From the NCBI GenBank assembly GCA_000388065.2, contig KB932209.1: a DNA stretch of 47,950 bases; one strand, 5' to 3'. The notes under the pieces are model-generated. The model saw nothing but the letters and a program-made list of their open reading frames with translations, was not told the origin of the DNA and searched no databases. The DNA is from Fonticula alba ATCC 38817. Lineage: Eukaryota > Protista > Nucleariida. Position 1 is the stretch's first letter. Every line of letters begins with the position of its first letter. Made by a program: the position numbers and the translations under genes. This document shows positions 46,501 to 47,950 of this stretch, one piece after another.

Positions 46501-47950
46501 GATGCCTCCTGCTTGACGTGCTCCGGCCCGGGCTCGAGCCGCTGCACCGCCTGCCGGCACTTCATGCCCGGCGCGCCGGACGCCTGTTTGGCCGCCTGCC
46601 CGGTGGGCTTGACCGGGCTGCCGGATTCCGGCGAATGTGCCTGCCATCCCACCTGCCTGGATTGCGGCCTGCGTCCGGATGCCGGCCCCCCGGCCGGGGG
46701 CTACCGGTGTCTGGATTGCGGGGCCGGCTTTGCGCCGGTGGCCGCCGGGTCCGACCGGTGTGCGGCCTGCCATCCATCCTGTGGCCGGTGCTCGGCTCCG
46801 GGTGATCCGGCATTTTGCACATCCTGCACCGGCGGGAGTCTCCTCCACCAGGGGGCCTGTGTCGGCACCTGTCCCGTGGGCTTTGGCTCTGATGGGACTC
46901 GATGTCTGCCGTGCGAGGCGGGCTGCGCCAGCTGCCCAGGTGGCAATGGCTGCGGTCGATGCTTCGACGGGCACTTCCTCCACTCCGACGGAAAGTGCCG
47001 TCCGTGTGACACCTCCTGTGGCAAGTGCCTGTCGGCCGACGCCTGCGACACCTGCCAGCAGGGGCTGGTTTTCCTGTCGCCCAATCCCTCGGTCGGGTCC
47101 CTCTGTGGCAGCACCTGTGCCCCGGGCGAGTATGTCGGGCCCGGCCGGTGCATGGCCTGCGACGGGTCGTGTGCCCTGTGCACTGGCGGGCCGGCGGTGT
47201 GCTCGGTGTGCGCGCCGGGCCACCGGTGGGCCGGGCCGGCCCCGGCCCCGGGCGGCACCGGGGCCTGTGTGGCCTGCCCGCCGGATTGCCTCTCCTGCTC
47301 CGAGAGCATTTGCCTGTCTTGCACCAGCGGCAGCTTCCTCTCGCGCGAGGGCGAATGCGTGAGGCACTGTCCGGCCGGCAGCTATGGCGACGAGCAGACC
47401 GACACATGCCAGCCATGTGATGTGACTTGCGCCGAGTGCGCCGGGCCCGGCGGGGCCGAGTGCACGGCCTGCGGCCCGGGGCTGGAGATGATCCAGTCCG
47501 GCGATCGGGTCTACACCTGTGTATCTACCTGCGGGAGCCAGGAATACCGCGACCCGGTGTCGCTGGCCTGCGCGCCGTGCCACGGTGCCTGCTCTTCATG
47601 CAACGGCCCGACCGATCGCGACTGCTGGCGGTGCGCCGACCAGGAGGAGGTCCTGCAGGATGGGCAGTGCGTGCAGGAGTGCGCCGAAGGCCATGTGGCC
47701 ACCTCGGGCCGGTGTCTCCCCTGCCATCCCTCCTGTGCCGAGTGTTCCGGCATCCGGTCTACGGAGTGTCTGCCGGACTGTCCGCCGGAGCTGCTGGCCC
47801 TCCCGGCCGGTGCGCCGGCGGTGCGTTGCGTCCCCTCCTGCCCGGTGGGCTACAACACTTCGACGGCCGGGTGCTCGCCCTGTGGGGCCCACTGCAGCAG
47901 CTGCCCCGGGCAGGCGGACACGTGTGCCCTGTGCGAGCGGGGGTGGCTGC
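43509..47950 (+). CDS. Second furin-repeat cell-surface protein, tandem paralogue of the upstream receptor kinase; 3' end lies beyond the window
   Basis: Signal peptide MPPWRPDSWGSVLPLLLLTLLLLSTPSRG. Exon 43509-44883, intron 44884-45058, then an open exon 45059 to >47950. FU repeats closely match the paralogue (CNGPTDRDCWRCAD..VLQDGQC vs CNGPSDRDCWRCAD..VVQDGRC; CPVGYNTS in both). Confidence 0.88.

Noticed and set aside
36017-47583. Many long antisense or alternate-frame ORFs over the furin-repeat genes (e.g. 45385-47583 minus, 38906-40765 minus)
   Set aside because: These are shadow ORFs expected from high-GC, Cys/Ala/Gly-rich coding sequence; no independent motifs.

Overview
GC-rich, intron-rich eukaryotic DNA with short CT-rich introns and GTGCGT/GTACGC/GTATGT donors. 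Gene style and content suggest a Fonticula-like holomycotan protist; this is an inference. Gene order: a 5'-truncated myotubularin-related pseudophosphatase, an AT-hook + GATA zinc-finger factor, mitochondrial malate dehydrogenase, ABCE1/RLI1, and a secreted, probably GPI-anchored protein with two 8-Cys repeats. A ~12 kb region follows with 11 tRNA genes, including two inverted copies of a Gly(GCC)-Thr(AGT) dicistron. Among and after the tRNAs lie a protein with tandem CDC48/NSF-N-like segments, an intronless orphan ORF, and two tandem giant furin-repeat surface proteins; the first is a complete receptor-like TKL kinase. The most striking signal is a 456-bp TG...CA solo LTR with a perfect 5-bp target-site duplication. 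It splits one tRNA-Gly gene and sits 30-34 bp upstream of tRNA-Thr, which suggests a tRNA-gene-targeting retrotransposon. Assembly artefacts are also visible: an Illumina adapter with a false in-frame duplication, and overlapping contig ends around two N gaps. All family assignments come from by-eye motif matching; no searches were run.
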